A stretch of 63,913 bases of DNA, filler included, from Octopus bimaculoides (lineage: Eukaryota): assembly GCF_001194135.2 (NCBI RefSeq). It is 9 parts of 8 records of this genome, joined end to end, with 100 filler letters (N's around TTAATTAATTAA, not from the genome) between each part and the next. Parts side by side here need not be neighbours in the genome. Positions count along the whole stretch, not along the records: positions 49,793 to 53,562 come from NC_068984.1; positions 53,663 to 55,727 come from NW_026350616.1; positions 55,828 to 58,348 come from NW_026305593.1; positions 58,449 to 61,199 come from NC_068983.1; positions 61,300 to 63,913 come from NW_026345006.1; 4 more parts are not named here. One strand, written 5' to 3'. The notes below the pieces were generated by a model, which was not told the DNA's origin, ran no database searches, and saw only the letters and a program-made list of their open reading frames with translations. A program made the position numbers and the translations under genes. This document shows positions 51,631 through 63,913 of the stretch, piece by piece. Every line of letters begins with the position of its first letter. Position 1 is the stretch's first letter.

Positions 51631-54594
51631 TTGCGATGAAGCTAATTTGACTAATGACTCTTGTTAACAGGACTACAAGACTGAATATATTCGAGGTTAA
51701 TGATATAGATTCTGCTGTTACCAATGTATTTGATAATAATTATGTTGATCGGGACTAAATTGAATTTAGTGAAACAGTTTTTGCTGCAAAAGACNNNNNN
51801 NNNNAAAAAAAAAAAAAAAAAAAAAATTGAAATATTGGTAATGCCATAGAGAAGAAAGTGAGAAGAATTATCAGTTAATATTGTAGGTGTCCAACAAAAT
51901 ATGAAATATTTCAGAAATATGTTAAAGAGGTTGTGTATGGTGAGAAATTCTTTTTAGTCAAAGGAACAAACGAAATAGTTTCTTTTAGAGTAATACTAAA
52001 AGTTATATTGTGAAACTTATGATTAATATGGAGCAATTTATCAACTTTTCAGACGAGGAATTTATTGTTCCTGTTATATCAAGAGGGGAACCAATCTATA
52101 TTGGAATTAAAAAAAAAAAACTAGATCGAAAGGAAGCAACCTTAATCTCTGCAGAAAAAAAGAATAATTGTTTTTATTCTAGAAGAATTGCATCGACAGC
52201 CTATTCTAAGGTGTTCGTTTTTGCAGGAAGGAGTGGAGCGGGTGGAGGGGGAGGGGGTCGTCGAAAAAAAGACAAAAAAAAAGGAAAAAAAAAAGGGAAT
52301 AAAAATCTTATCAGATGGCTGGATTATCCGTTTCTAATTTAGACAAGCTCAGTAATTTTGGAGAGGAATGGTTGCTGAATAGCATCGATCCCTGTACACC
52401 TGTTCAGTTTTTGAGAACCTATCGCAAAATGACCTTACTGGTTTTATTCTTTAGTGAGGAGGAAGGAAGTGTACCATGACGTTGGTAGGGGGCGCTCAGA
52501 GAGTTCTTTATGATCTGTCTACTGTCTCATTGATCATGTCTCTATGATCTTTAAGGTCACTGTATTAGTGTCTCAATTATCACTGTCACCATAATTTCTC
52601 TCTCTTTCCTTCTCTCTCTGACCGTACAACTATTTCGTTGACGTTGGCCATAAGATAATACAAATATCGATCACTTCTCAATCAATTCTGATTCTTCCAT
52701 TTATGATAAACCTGATTTATCATCCGTGGAACTTCTCCATTCCGCTTAAGTCTTCAGTTGTCTTCAAAAGATCCTTTCGGTTTTAGATATTCTTAAAATA
52801 TCATAAAGGAAGGTGAAAGTTGCAGCCATCTTCATTGCTGGGACAACGGAAAAACAACAGCATGAGTGGTTCGGGCCCAGTCACTGTCTTTGTTCTATAT
52901 CCAAGAGCAAAATAATGGCTCGCAACGTCTGGCTGTAAGTAGGCACCGTGTCAACAGAATTACAGAACTGACAATTTCTTTGATGACTTGAGTTCATGGC
53001 TTGTCGCGAGAAGTAATTTGAGGTAGACCCACGGCCTACCATTGGGTAGATTTCTTTAATCCATTGAAACAAAGGATCGAACCAGGAGATTACAGATGAC
53101 CGTTAAAGTGTAGGGATTTTTTGTAACGTAATAAAGAAAGCAATAAAACGTTAAACTAGAAATAATGTAACGATGCAAAAAATTAAAAAATACCAGTTTT
53201 AATTAACAACTAATAAAACTTAGTTCAACACTGAAGGAAGCAACTCCAGTCTTGTTTCGGTGTTATTTGTACCTCGAAAACGAGCCATTGTCTTTTACTG
53301 TATTTACCAAAATACTGATGAGATAATCATAAAGTAAATGTACAAGATTGCAATATTGGTTGGTGGAGGAACATAGAAATATTTAGAGAAGTGATAGGAT
53401 GAGGTTCGCAGAATCAAAGGAATGGTTAGTTTATTCAACTCATTAGAAGTTACTTTCAAATATGCAGTGGTTCGAATCCCTCATATTGCAACAATATTGC
53501 AATATTTCAAAGAAATCGTACATTAAAATTGTATGTGTGTGTATGTATGTATGTATGTATATNNNNNNNNNNNNNNNNNNNNNNNNNNNNNNNNNNNNNN
53601 NNNNNNTTAATTAATTAANNNNNNNNNNNNNNNNNNNNNNNNNNNNNNNNNNNNNNNNNNNNTATGTATGTATGTATGTATGTATGTATGTATGTATGTA
53701 TGTATGTATGTATATATGTATGTACGTATGTATGTATGTATGTATGTACGTACGTATGTATGTATGTATGTGTGTATGTATGTAAGTATATATGTAAGTA
53801 TGTATGTATGTATGTAAGTATGTATGTAAGTATGTACGTATGTATGTATGTACGTATGTACGTATGCATGTATGTATGTACGTATGTATGTATGTATGTA
53901 TGTATATATGTAAGTGTGTACGTATGTATGTACGTATGTATGTATGTATATATGTAAGTGTGTACGTATGTATGTATGTATGTATGTATGCATGTATGTA
54001 AGCATGTATGTATGTATGTATGTATGAAACTTCTCTATTTGTGTAGCGGTGCTCACCGTTTTATTGTAGTTACTTTATTTTGGCAATAAAATTGGCAATA
54101 AATTAATGAAATAACTCCAGAGAATTTTCTTTTATCGATTCTATCAAACACGAAAACAAAAAAAAAAAAACCTATATTACTAAGTAAAGACGATTTTCAG
54201 GGGAAGGAAAGAAGGAAGGAAGGAAAAAGTGCAACATTAACTTTGGAAAAACTGCACTGGCTAGAAACAACAGTCAAATTCTTCGAAATAAATTACCGTC
54301 AGAAAACAAGGGCTCAGTGCCCGAAAAAAAAAAAAAGAAAAAGTGAAGGATACTCATGAGTGGAATAATTTTGATCCTAAGACTGAATGATGCGGACTGT
54401 CCTGTGGTCAAACAACTACGGCCACAGGGATAAAAACGGCAACAAAAATTTTGATGTTGGTTGCGGATATATTTGGTTTGAGTGTGTGCAGAACGTTTGA
54501 AGAGAGAAACAGATTTAAGGAAAGACTAAATGGGAAATGATGGTAGGAAGAAGAAGAATAAGAGACGATACGGAAGAGGATGAGAAAAAGAAAA

Positions 54595-55100
54595 GGAGAA
54601 GAAAGAATGGCCATTTGAATGACTGAAAAAAGGGGGGGAAAAGTGGGGAATATAAAGAAAAGGGTGGAAAATGAAGATGTTGGGAAATCAAAATGGGAAA
54701 AGATAGGCAAAATCCAAAAGTTAGAAACACATGTGATGGAGATCGAAGAATGGTGAGAAAAAGAGAGGGAGAAGAAAGAATGGCCATTTGAAGGACTGAA
54801 AAATGGGGGGGGGGAGTGGGGAATATAAAGAAAAGGGTGGAAAATGAAGATGTTGGGAAACGGAAAAGGAAAAAGATAGGCAAAATCCAAAGTTAGATAC
54901 ACATGTGATGGAGATCGAAGAATGATGAAAATGTAATGGAGAACAAAAATGACAAAAGGAAAACGAAAAATACAAAAAAAAAAAAGAAGGGGGGGGGCGA
55001 AATAAACAAAAAATGAGGAGTAAAATAAAGATGTTGGGAAGCCAAAAGGGGAAAAGATAGGTAAAATCGAAAGTTAGAGACACATGGAGATCGAAAAATG
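54595..55100. repeat. ~173-bp purine-rich tandem duplication (2 full copies plus a partial third)
   Basis: GGAGAAGAAAGAATGGCCATTTGAA at 54595 and 54768. GATGTTGGGAA...AAAAGATAGG...AAGTTAGA.ACACATG occurs three times. Confidence 0.9.
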
Positions 55101-55411
55101 GTGAAGTCTGTGAGTGTGTGTATGTGTTTGTATGTGTGTGTGTGTGTGGTGGTGGGAGACGAAATACGGAGAGGAAGGAGTAAAGGAAGAGATGAATGAA
55201 AAGAAAGAAGAATAGATCGAAGAACGATAGGGGGGAGAGAAAAGCCAGAATAAAGAAGAAGAAAAGAAAAGAAAAAGAGGATCGAAGAAATAAGAGAGAC
55301 AGATAGAGAGATATATAGATATGAAGGAAAATGATCGAAAGGAATAAAGTAACAAATAATTCAAGTTTTGGAACGGTAAAAGCTAAGGGGGGTGATGGGT
55401 GAGTGGGTAAG

Positions 55412-55461
<50 letters not shown>

Positions 55462-56789
55462 AGAGAGAGAGTGAGAGAGAGAGAATGAGAGAGAGAGAGA
55501 GTGAGAGAGAGAGAATGAGAGAGAGAATGAGAGAGAGAGAGAGAGAGAGAGCAAAATTGACGAAAGAAAAACGAAAAGTGCAAAAAAAAGAAAACAAAAG
55601 AAACAAAAATAAAGGAAAAAGAACCGAAAAAAAATAAACAAATAAACAATCAGAGAACGAGGAGAAAAATTACAATAGAATTTCGAGTTATATAGTAGTG
55701 TCGGAGGGAGGATGAATGGAAGAAGGANNNNNNNNNNNNNNNNNNNNNNNNNNNNNNNNNNNNNNNNNNNNTTAATTAATTAANNNNNNNNNNNNNNNNN
55801 NNNNNNNNNNNNNNNNNNNNNNNNNNNATATATGCAATATATATGTATAAATATATAAAGAGAGAGAAAGGGGGAATGAGATAAAGAGAGACAGGGGGAT
55901 AGAAAAAGAGAGATAGGCAGATAGAGAGGGAGATAACTTTATTGAACTATATGTAGATATCTGCGATCAGCAGTTGTAGTTGATTGCAATGTACATGTAC
56001 GGATGCATATGACAGTATGAATTCATGGTAATATATGTGTATGCTAATGGCATAAATCGTTTGCAAGTCGGGAATTATGCCTTTAGTCCTTTCGAAGTAA
56101 CTTTTAGTCTTGGGAAACTGTATGGTATTTTCGTAAATATCCACTGATGAAATATATAGATTTGAAATATAAAGTTTTTAAGTCTTTATGTTTCCAGGAA
56201 ATGACCAACTCCGTGGTGTGGTCCAGTTTCTGAGTTTCGTAGAACTGAATATGAGAGAGTCAGGACTGCAGATTTGGCATATATATATATATACATACAT
56301 ACATACATACATACATACATACATACATACAAACGTGTATATATATATATATATATATATNNNNNNNNNNNNNNNNNNNNNNNNNNNNNNNNNNNNNNNN
56401 NNNNNNNNNNNNNNNNNNNNNNNNNNNNNNNNNNNNNNNNNNNNNNNNNNNNNNNNNNNNNNNNNNNNNNNNNNNNNNNNNNNNNNNNNNNNNNNNNNNN
56501 NNNNNNNNNNNNNNNNNNNNNNNNNNNNNNNNNNNNNNNNNNNNNNNNNNNNNNNNNNNNNNNNNNNNNNNNNNNNNNNNNNNNNNNNNNNNNNNNNNNN
56601 NNNNNNNNNNNNNNNNNNNNNNNNNNNNNNNNNNNNNNNNNNNNNNNNNNNNNNNATATATATAAATAAATAGAGTTGAACGCAGATGTTATTGAAATTT
56701 TTTTTATTTCGACATATGTTTCGATGACAACATAGGTCTCTCTAGAGAAGTTAATGAAATTGGTATGGTACTGGCTGTCAGATAATCAA

Positions 56790-58015
56790 TCATTAAATTT
56801 GATAACAAGTTGTGGGTCCGGAAGGATACTCCCAACGGGTTCGATGTCCCAATGGGAAGTTCCGATTCTGCTCATATTGCGGATTTAGTCGGCATATATA
56901 TACTTTATGAAATGGCTGACCAGTTCTCAGACATCTGTGGAGGTATATATCGTGATGATTTTTTGCTTTACCTCCAAAACGTTTCAAATCAAAAAAATAC
57001 AGAAGGTTAAGTATAGGTTAGTTAGGTTTTTTCGTAGAATAGGCTTTCACATCGTTTTTGACGATGAGATAACTAAAGCTAACTTCTTAGATATTACACT
57101 TAATTTGCACAATAATTTATACTTCCCATACTACAAACCATCCACCAATCTCAAGCATATTAATCAATCCGGTAATCACGCTAGGGCAATTACTAAGAAT
57201 GTAGTTAAAAATATTTCAGTTAGATTGTCTAAACTAACCGCCTATGTTGATATTTTTAACGACAAAGCAGAATTTTGTAACTCTGCCTTAGTTAAAGCAG
57301 AGTATAAAGAAAACGTTACCTCCATTGATTCTGCTCAATCTCTTCCTTCATCTACAATTCAAGGCAGGAAATCTAGTTGTAAGAAGAAGAGTGATTTTAA
57401 TTCTAATATTGACAACAACACAAAACATAATAAAATTCCTTTACAGAGTAAGGGAGGCAACCGTTTTTTTGAGCCCATTTTTTCACTCTACATGTAATTC
57501 ACCGTTCTTTACAGATAGTATCACTTACAATTTGACTGGTGTTAGCAAGACTATTTACTTTGTTATTCCGTATGGAAGGCAAATTAAATCTAATCTTCGT
57601 TTGCAGTTCCGTGAAGTTTTGGTCTCTGAGGACAACCCTAACAGAATTAAATTTATGTCTAAAGATTAAGAATTCTATATACCAATGTAAAATTACTTCC
57701 GGTACCAATGTCTATTTCTATATTGGCGCTTCCTCTTCCCAGTTATCTAAGAGAATTTCCAATCACAATTTTTCATTTAGGGATAGTAGTAAACGTAACT
57801 GCACAGGGCTTACAAAATTGGTTTGGTATCTTAAAGATAACTATAAGGATTTTAATTTAGATTGGTTCATCTTGTCCATCTCTTTCCCTTATGACAAGGG
57901 CAAAGGATTCTGTAACATTTGCAATTCTGAACTCTTCCTTATTCTCTTCTCTAAGAATCACCTTGTTAACACGCTTATAGAGCGATCTTACAAATGTAAG
58001 CATTGGCAGAAATAA
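56790..58015 (+). mobile_element. Penelope-like retroelement: RT plus C-terminal GIY-YIG endonuclease, frameshifted (Naiad-type architecture)
   Basis: FDVPMGSSDSAHIADLVGIYIL, GGIYRDDFL (YRDD), NFLDITLNL...PYYKP...HINQSGNH, then SIYQCKI..YFYIGAS (GIY-YIG-like) and CNICNSE...N...E....CKHWQK. Confidence 0.9.
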
Positions 58016-58459
58016 ACTTTTAGCTCATATAAGTGATTTATAACAGTCTGTATAGTTTGAACATTTAGTTCACCTTGCACTCTACTTAAATAGAGAAATC
58101 TACTTCCAAGCATTTGAACATTTTTTCAACCAACATATCTCTCTATATTTCTCTTTTATTTATTCTCTATTCATTATTTCTTTACCCTTTCTCTTCCTAT
58201 GGTCTACATTTGACGTCATATCTACTAACGGTGATTTTGAAAATGCTTAATAGCGTTCTGTTTATCCTTTATGCAGTCATCAAAATTGTTATAATGTCTG
58301 TTGTTGAGATTGGTTCTCTTTCTTTCCTGATGAGAAGATTACATTATTNNNNNNNNNNNNNNNNNNNNNNNNNNNNNNNNNNNNNNNNNNNNTTAATTAA
58401 TTAANNNNNNNNNNNNNNNNNNNNNNNNNNNNNNNNNNNNNNNNNNNNTATATATATAT

Positions 58460-59101
58460 ATATGCATATATGGGTACAGGATGTCACGAACAGTAAACAA
58501 CATGAAATATGAAAATAAATGAGTTCAATATGCAAACAACAAGAGAAACAAATGGAAAACAGGATAAGTAACACAAAGAATGGCCCTTTATCAGTTGTCA
58601 GCTGTCTGTCTACTCCTCATTTCGAGCACTGAATGACAATATGAGTTTTCGAAGACAGTTACTCCCATAAGTACCAAAATAAAATTTTGGATTTATGGAG
58701 GGTCAAAGTTGGGAACAAAAACAGGACAGTGGAGATATACAAGGAAATCGATTGAAAACAAACCTTGGAGGGTCAATTCCAAACAGACCAGATCGGGGGT
58801 AAAATAGCGAACGCTGGAGAAATATTTTCTTTGAAAAGAGGAAAGTAAGAAGAGAGAGATAGAATATGTCCAGTCCTTAGGACAGTCCTGAAGGAAAAGA
58901 CAGATGGACGATGGTCACATGTGAGCAAAGAGAGAGAGAGAGAAAAAGAGAAAGAGACAGATAGAATACGGTGAAGGGGAGAAAAAAGGAATTAGAGAAA
59001 AGGATGAGAGAGAAAACAGTATAGAGTAGAGTCGTATTAAAAAGATTAAGATAAACTCACTTGGAAATGGATGTGTGGCATTCAGTCAATAATAATATGA
59101 A
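58460..59101 (+). repeat. Dispersed ~650-bp repeat, copy 2 (paralog of 7450-8105)
   Basis: Colinear with 7450-8105. Its 3' end is interrupted by the Helitron starting at 59102. Confidence 0.8.
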
Positions 59102-59867
59102 TCATAGTATATAAAATCCATTCTGTCAGTCTGTCTGTTTGTGCGCTTATAACTCAAGTATTGTTCATCCGATCATGCTGAAATTTTAAACATGGATACA
59201 TGAGAGAGTTGGGCATTCTGTAATCTAAAAAGATTTTCAAAATTGTTAGTTTCAAAGTGAGAATCGCTATTTTTGTAATTTTTATGTCCTGTTTGTTCCA
59301 CCATTAAAACAACTAATTGCTCTGACAGCCGGCTCATGCCATTTTGCTAGCAACAAGGGGAGTACAGGATGACAGTCAGCAAAAACCGTCGCTATGCTGT
59401 TTCTCTTCTTTCCTCTCTTTGTGGAGTTAATAATCTTAATCTTTAGTTACAGTTTCTCATTCAAATTACATAATAGGCAGAATTGTCAGATTAAGACAGA
59501 AGGGTGTTTTGAGGGAGATTTGGCTGCTATTTCTACCAGGTCTAACTATCATGTAAAGGTCTGCCTCATTGATATTATATATTCCTTATGCTTTCCAAAA
59601 CCGAGTTACAGATTTTGACGTATGGGGTATCAAAAGATTCAGTACTATTTTGGCTACAAATTAAACTTAATTTTCATTCACATATTTGCATTTCAAAAGT
59701 TTAACATAATCTTTTCGATAAATCAACTATCGTAAACATTTTATACTATTATGTCACATTTTCTATATATGTGCGTACGTTAAAAAACGTCAATCATCAC
59801 GACACACACCTTCATTCACTCACTCTATCTCTCTTTCTCTCTCACATACACACATGCAAGCATGCAT

Positions 59868-59957
<90 letters not shown>

Positions 59958-61170
59958 TCTCACACACACGTCCATTTCATATAGACGTACATACATCTTT
60001 CAATTTCTTTCTCTGTTCTTTTCGCTTATCTTCTTTCAATATTTGCTCTCTTGAAATAAATTTTTTTATGGATACAACTGCTTACAAAAATAGGGATTAA
60101 TGTATTATTTCTTTCTATGTTCATAATTTGTTGTTTACAACATTGGAGGGATTAATGTATAATTTCTTTCTATGTTCACAATTTTTTATTTACAATATTG
60201 GGAAAAATATGCCACCAAAGAAAAGACATAATCTCTCCAGTAACAAGTATAAAGCAAGGAGGATTGTAGAAAACTGAAGGTGAGAGTCTGAAGAGAGAAG
60301 CTAGATGAGATTTTCTCAACGTCAGCAAATTCATGTTGCAGCACTTAATGCTGGATCATTAAATAAATGTTTTAATGATTAGACAGAGGTCCAATAGAAC
60401 AGCTCTCAGAAACAGACTACGTACAAATTTGTTCTTCACAACTCCTGAAGCTGTTTTCAGATATGATTCATCCCATTCTTATAAAAATAATAACTCTGTC
60501 TAAATTGGTGTGCTAAACACAAATTGTCTTTTCTGTAGAGCTTTAACATTTTTAAATGAAACAAATGGTATGTGCTGCTCAGGCAGTCAGGTAACATTGC
60601 CAGCACTACCAGCTCCTTATCAACCTCTTATGGATCTTCTAGAATGCATTTCCATCCAGTCAAAGGATTTTCTGAACAATATCAGACAATATAACTCTGC
60701 AAATGACATCATTTGCTGCATCTAAGAAGACAGATAAACTTGAATTTATGATAAAATCGAAGTTCAAGGGTAAGTCTATCATCTCATTGGTTCCCTGTTA
60801 CCCATAAATGAACAACTACAGTTCCTCCAAATTTACTTTATGAGTGATGTAGGACACCGAACCCGAAGGAGATGTCAACATTTCAGATGATGGGTTGTGT
60901 TAGACACAGCGCCGACTGCTGCAAAAGAGAGTATATTCGCTGACAGCTTCTCAGTGCGTTCAAAAATCAGATAACCCTCACAGGTTAGAGCCTAAAATAC
61001 TCCAAACAGATGCATAACATATTGCTTAGTCGAATTAGCCCATCATTTACTCCACAAATGTTTTGTTGTCAATGCTGCACTTCCCATATCATCTGTTTCA
61101 ACATAACTGTAATATATTACATACAAACTATGCCATTTTAATCCTGAGCAACGCCGGGTGTCTCTGCTAG
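59102..61170 (+). mobile_element. Non-autonomous Helitron (~2.07 kb) carrying a Rep N-terminal remnant
   Basis: A|TC 5' end at 59101/59102. 3' hairpin CCTGAGCAACGCCGGG plus CTAG|T at 61170. Internal CLFCRALTFLNETNGMCCSGSQVTLP...DFLNNIRQYNS and KVQG*VYHLIGSLLP...FLQIYF (60510-60860) are Helitron Rep-associated motifs. 55-bp tandem pair at 60093-60202. Confidence 0.75.
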
Positions 61171-61300
61171 TAATATATATATATATGCATATATATATAN
61201 NNNNNNNNNNNNNNNNNNNNNNNNNNNNNNNNNNNNNNNNNNNTTAATTAATTAANNNNNNNNNNNNNNNNNNNNNNNNNNNNNNNNNNNNNNNNNNNNG

Positions 61301-61342
<42 letters not shown>

Positions 61343-61949
61343 ATGAGGGAGTGTGTGTTTGTATGTGTGTGTATTATTTATATATGCATAAATGTTAGAC
61401 GGGAGCGAAAAACAGCAGATTATATTTTAAGTAATATTTTGATATCTTAACTCTAAAAACTCTTTCTCAAAAAAAATCTGAAAATCTAGAAAGGAAAGAA
61501 TTCACGAAACAAAAAAGCAATCGATATTTGAGACAAGGATGCGACATTGAGAAGAGCCATTACGTTAATTACGACTGTTTATGGCCTGGTTTGCCGCTTC
61601 GCTACACAAATAACGTATCCGGCTACGCTTTACAAACAAGGTTGGTTAGTTTTCTGTAGAAATTCTAGCGTAGATTTAAAACTGCTCTGCGATGTTGAAG
61701 AGGAAACGGAGCAGAAATCGAAAAGTGAGGACGAGGAAGAGAGAGAAAACACAGTGATGAAGTGAGTGAATGAGTGACTGAGAGAAGGAAAGAAAGAGAG
61801 AAAGAGAGAGAGGTGGGGTGAAGGAAGTATAGAGAGGATAGGTAAGAGAGTGATATGGAAGGACAGGATAAACATCGGGTGTACTCGGTGTATTCAGTCA
61901 CGATTCCGAAGTGGACTCAACTGCTGTTTCACTTATGATATGCTAAATG

Positions 61950-62442
61950 GCGGGGTAAGCTGGTAGAATCGTTAGCACGCCGGGCAAAATGCCTGACAGC
62001 ATTTCATCCGCCTTTACGTTCTGATTTCAAATGTCGCGGGGATTAACTTTTTCTTTCATCCCTTTAGGGGTAGATTAAATAAGAACCAGTTTATCACTGG
62101 GGGGTATTGTTATCGATTTACACCCTCACCCGAAATTACCGGCCTTGTGTCAAAATTGGAAAAGGATATATCATGTTTGATGTATGTACACACACACACA
62201 CACACACGTCTTTTATATTTTACTTGTTTCAGTCACAAGTCTGTGGCTAAGCTGGGGCATCAGGTCCACGAATTTAGAGTCGAAAGAATCTACCCAATTA
62301 TTTCTTTCGTGTTTTCAGCCTGGTACTTAATCTATCGGCTTCTTCAGCTGAACTGTTCGTTTAGGTGGACGTAGACTCATTAAAACTGGTTATCAAACGG
62401 TGGTGGGGGAAAAACAAAACTACAACGGCATACTCTCTCTCA

Positions 62443-62500
<58 letters not shown>

Positions 62501-62627
62501 GAGACAAATACACAGACATACTCAAACACATACACACACAAAACACACGCATATACACTGCATATTTCTTTCGGTTTCCATCTACCCAGTTCATTCACAA
62601 GAGTTAAATCGGCCCCAGGCCTTGAAG
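61950..62627. mobile_element. SINE family A (+, ~61950-62160) followed by SINE family B (-, ~62200-62627)
   Basis: GGCGGGGTAAGCTGGTAGAATCGTTAGCACGCCGGGC; TTTTACTTGTTTCAGTCA...TTTCCATCTACC. Confidence 0.7.
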
Positions 62628-63157
62628 NNNNNNNNNNNNNNNNNNNNNNNNNNNNNNNNNNNNNNNNNNNNNNNNNNNNNNNNNNNNNNNNNNNNNNNNN
62701 NNNNNNNNNNNNNNNNNNNNNNNNNNNNNNNNNNNNNNNNNNNNNNNNNNNNNNNNNNNNNNNNNNNNNNNNNNNNNNNNNNNNNNNNNNNNNNNNNNNN
62801 NNNNNNNNNNNNNNNNNNNNNNNNNNNNNNNNNNNNNNNNNNNNNNNNNNNNNNNNNNNNNNNNNNNNNNNNNNNNNNNNNNNNNNNNNNNNNNNNNNNN
62901 NNNNNNNNNNNNNNNNNNNNNNNNNNNNNNNNNNNNNNNNNNNNNNNNNNNNNNNNNNNNNNNNNNNNNNNNNNNNNNNNNNNNNNNNNNNNNNNNNNNN
63001 NNNNNNNNNNNNNNNNNNNNNNNNNNNNNNNNNNNNNNNNNNNNNNNNNNNNNNNNNNNNNNNNNNNNNNNNNNNNNNNNNNNNNNNNNNNNNNNNNNNN
63101 NNNNNNNNNNNNNNNNNNNNNNNNNNNNNNNNNNNNNNNNNNNNNNNNNNNACACAC

Positions 63158-63197
<40 letters not shown>

Positions 63198-63574
63198 GTG
63201 TGTGCTACATGTGTGTAGAGGGATATGTGGATGTGTGCGCGCAAATGAATGCATAGAACAAAATCTCCAAAAATTGCACTCCACGCAGAAAAGATAAAAA
63301 GTGGAATGAAGCCCGTGACCCAGTTTTCTGTTTTTCCTAATTATACGATGTCTTTTACTTACATTCCCATAATTCCATAGGCTCACAAAACATAAGAAAC
63401 AACCAAATAAAGATAATAATTATAACAACAACAACAACAACAATAATATTGATGAGGATTATGATGACGAGGATGATAATAATATTAATAATGATGATGA
63501 TGTCTATGAATATAATGATGACGATGACGATGATGATGATAATAATAATAATGATACTACTACTACTACTGCTG

Positions 63575-63619
<45 letters not shown>

Positions 63620-63913
63620 ATAATAATAATAATAATAATAATGATAATAATAATAGCAAAATAAATAGTGTCTAAAAGGTAGGTTCTTCGTAGAATCATA
63701 CTTTCCAGTCATCCGAGGAAATCTTTAAAATCGTGTTTTTCTTAGGAAAAAATAACAAAATCTTAAAAAAAAAACAGAAAGAGAGAATGGAAAAAAATCG
63801 AATTCAAGGAAAATTTTAAATCAATATTAAATGCACGAAATAAGCAAAAAATAAATAACAGTAGTAATAGACAACAAATAAATAAAATGGATTAAAATAA
63901 CGATTGCCGCTCC

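Noticed and set aside
52480-53110. Possible Gypsy gag remnant on the minus strand with TGGTGACAG
   Set aside because: Similarity is weak and the PBS-like motif is on the wrong side of the putative gag.
61640-61730. Acidic exon-like segment (RNSSVDLKLLCDVEEETEQKSK) with AG/GT borders
   Set aside because: No recognisable homology, and it grades into a GA-rich low-complexity tract.

Overview
AT-rich, repeat-dense animal genomic DNA with many N gaps. The SINE families and gap spacers suggest an octopus draft assembly; that is inference. The only host coding sequence I can support belongs to family-4 cytochrome P450s (CYP4V-like), all on the + strand: a terminal exon (38867-39024), then coding exon 1 (45055-45214) and exon 2 (47923-48035) of a following gene. 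I found no other P450 exons in the readable sequence. The rest is decayed mobile DNA: REL-type LINEs (Dong/R4- and HERO-like), L1/Tx1 fragments, a Penelope-like element with GIY-YIG, mariner, hAT, Helitrons, MITEs with 8-bp TSDs, tRNA-derived SINEs and microsatellites. The most unusual items are a ~635-codon intronless, decayed DD40D transposase (Sola3-like, 40865-42776, minus) between the two P450 segments; a degenerate minimal hammerhead ribozyme (33846-33934, minus); a 2.07-kb Helitron whose empty site can be reconstructed from a paralogous repeat in the window; and a perfect 22-bp fold-back at a rearranged junction. Most ORFs in the supplied track are microsatellite or gap artefacts. All family assignments come from motif recall, not database searches.
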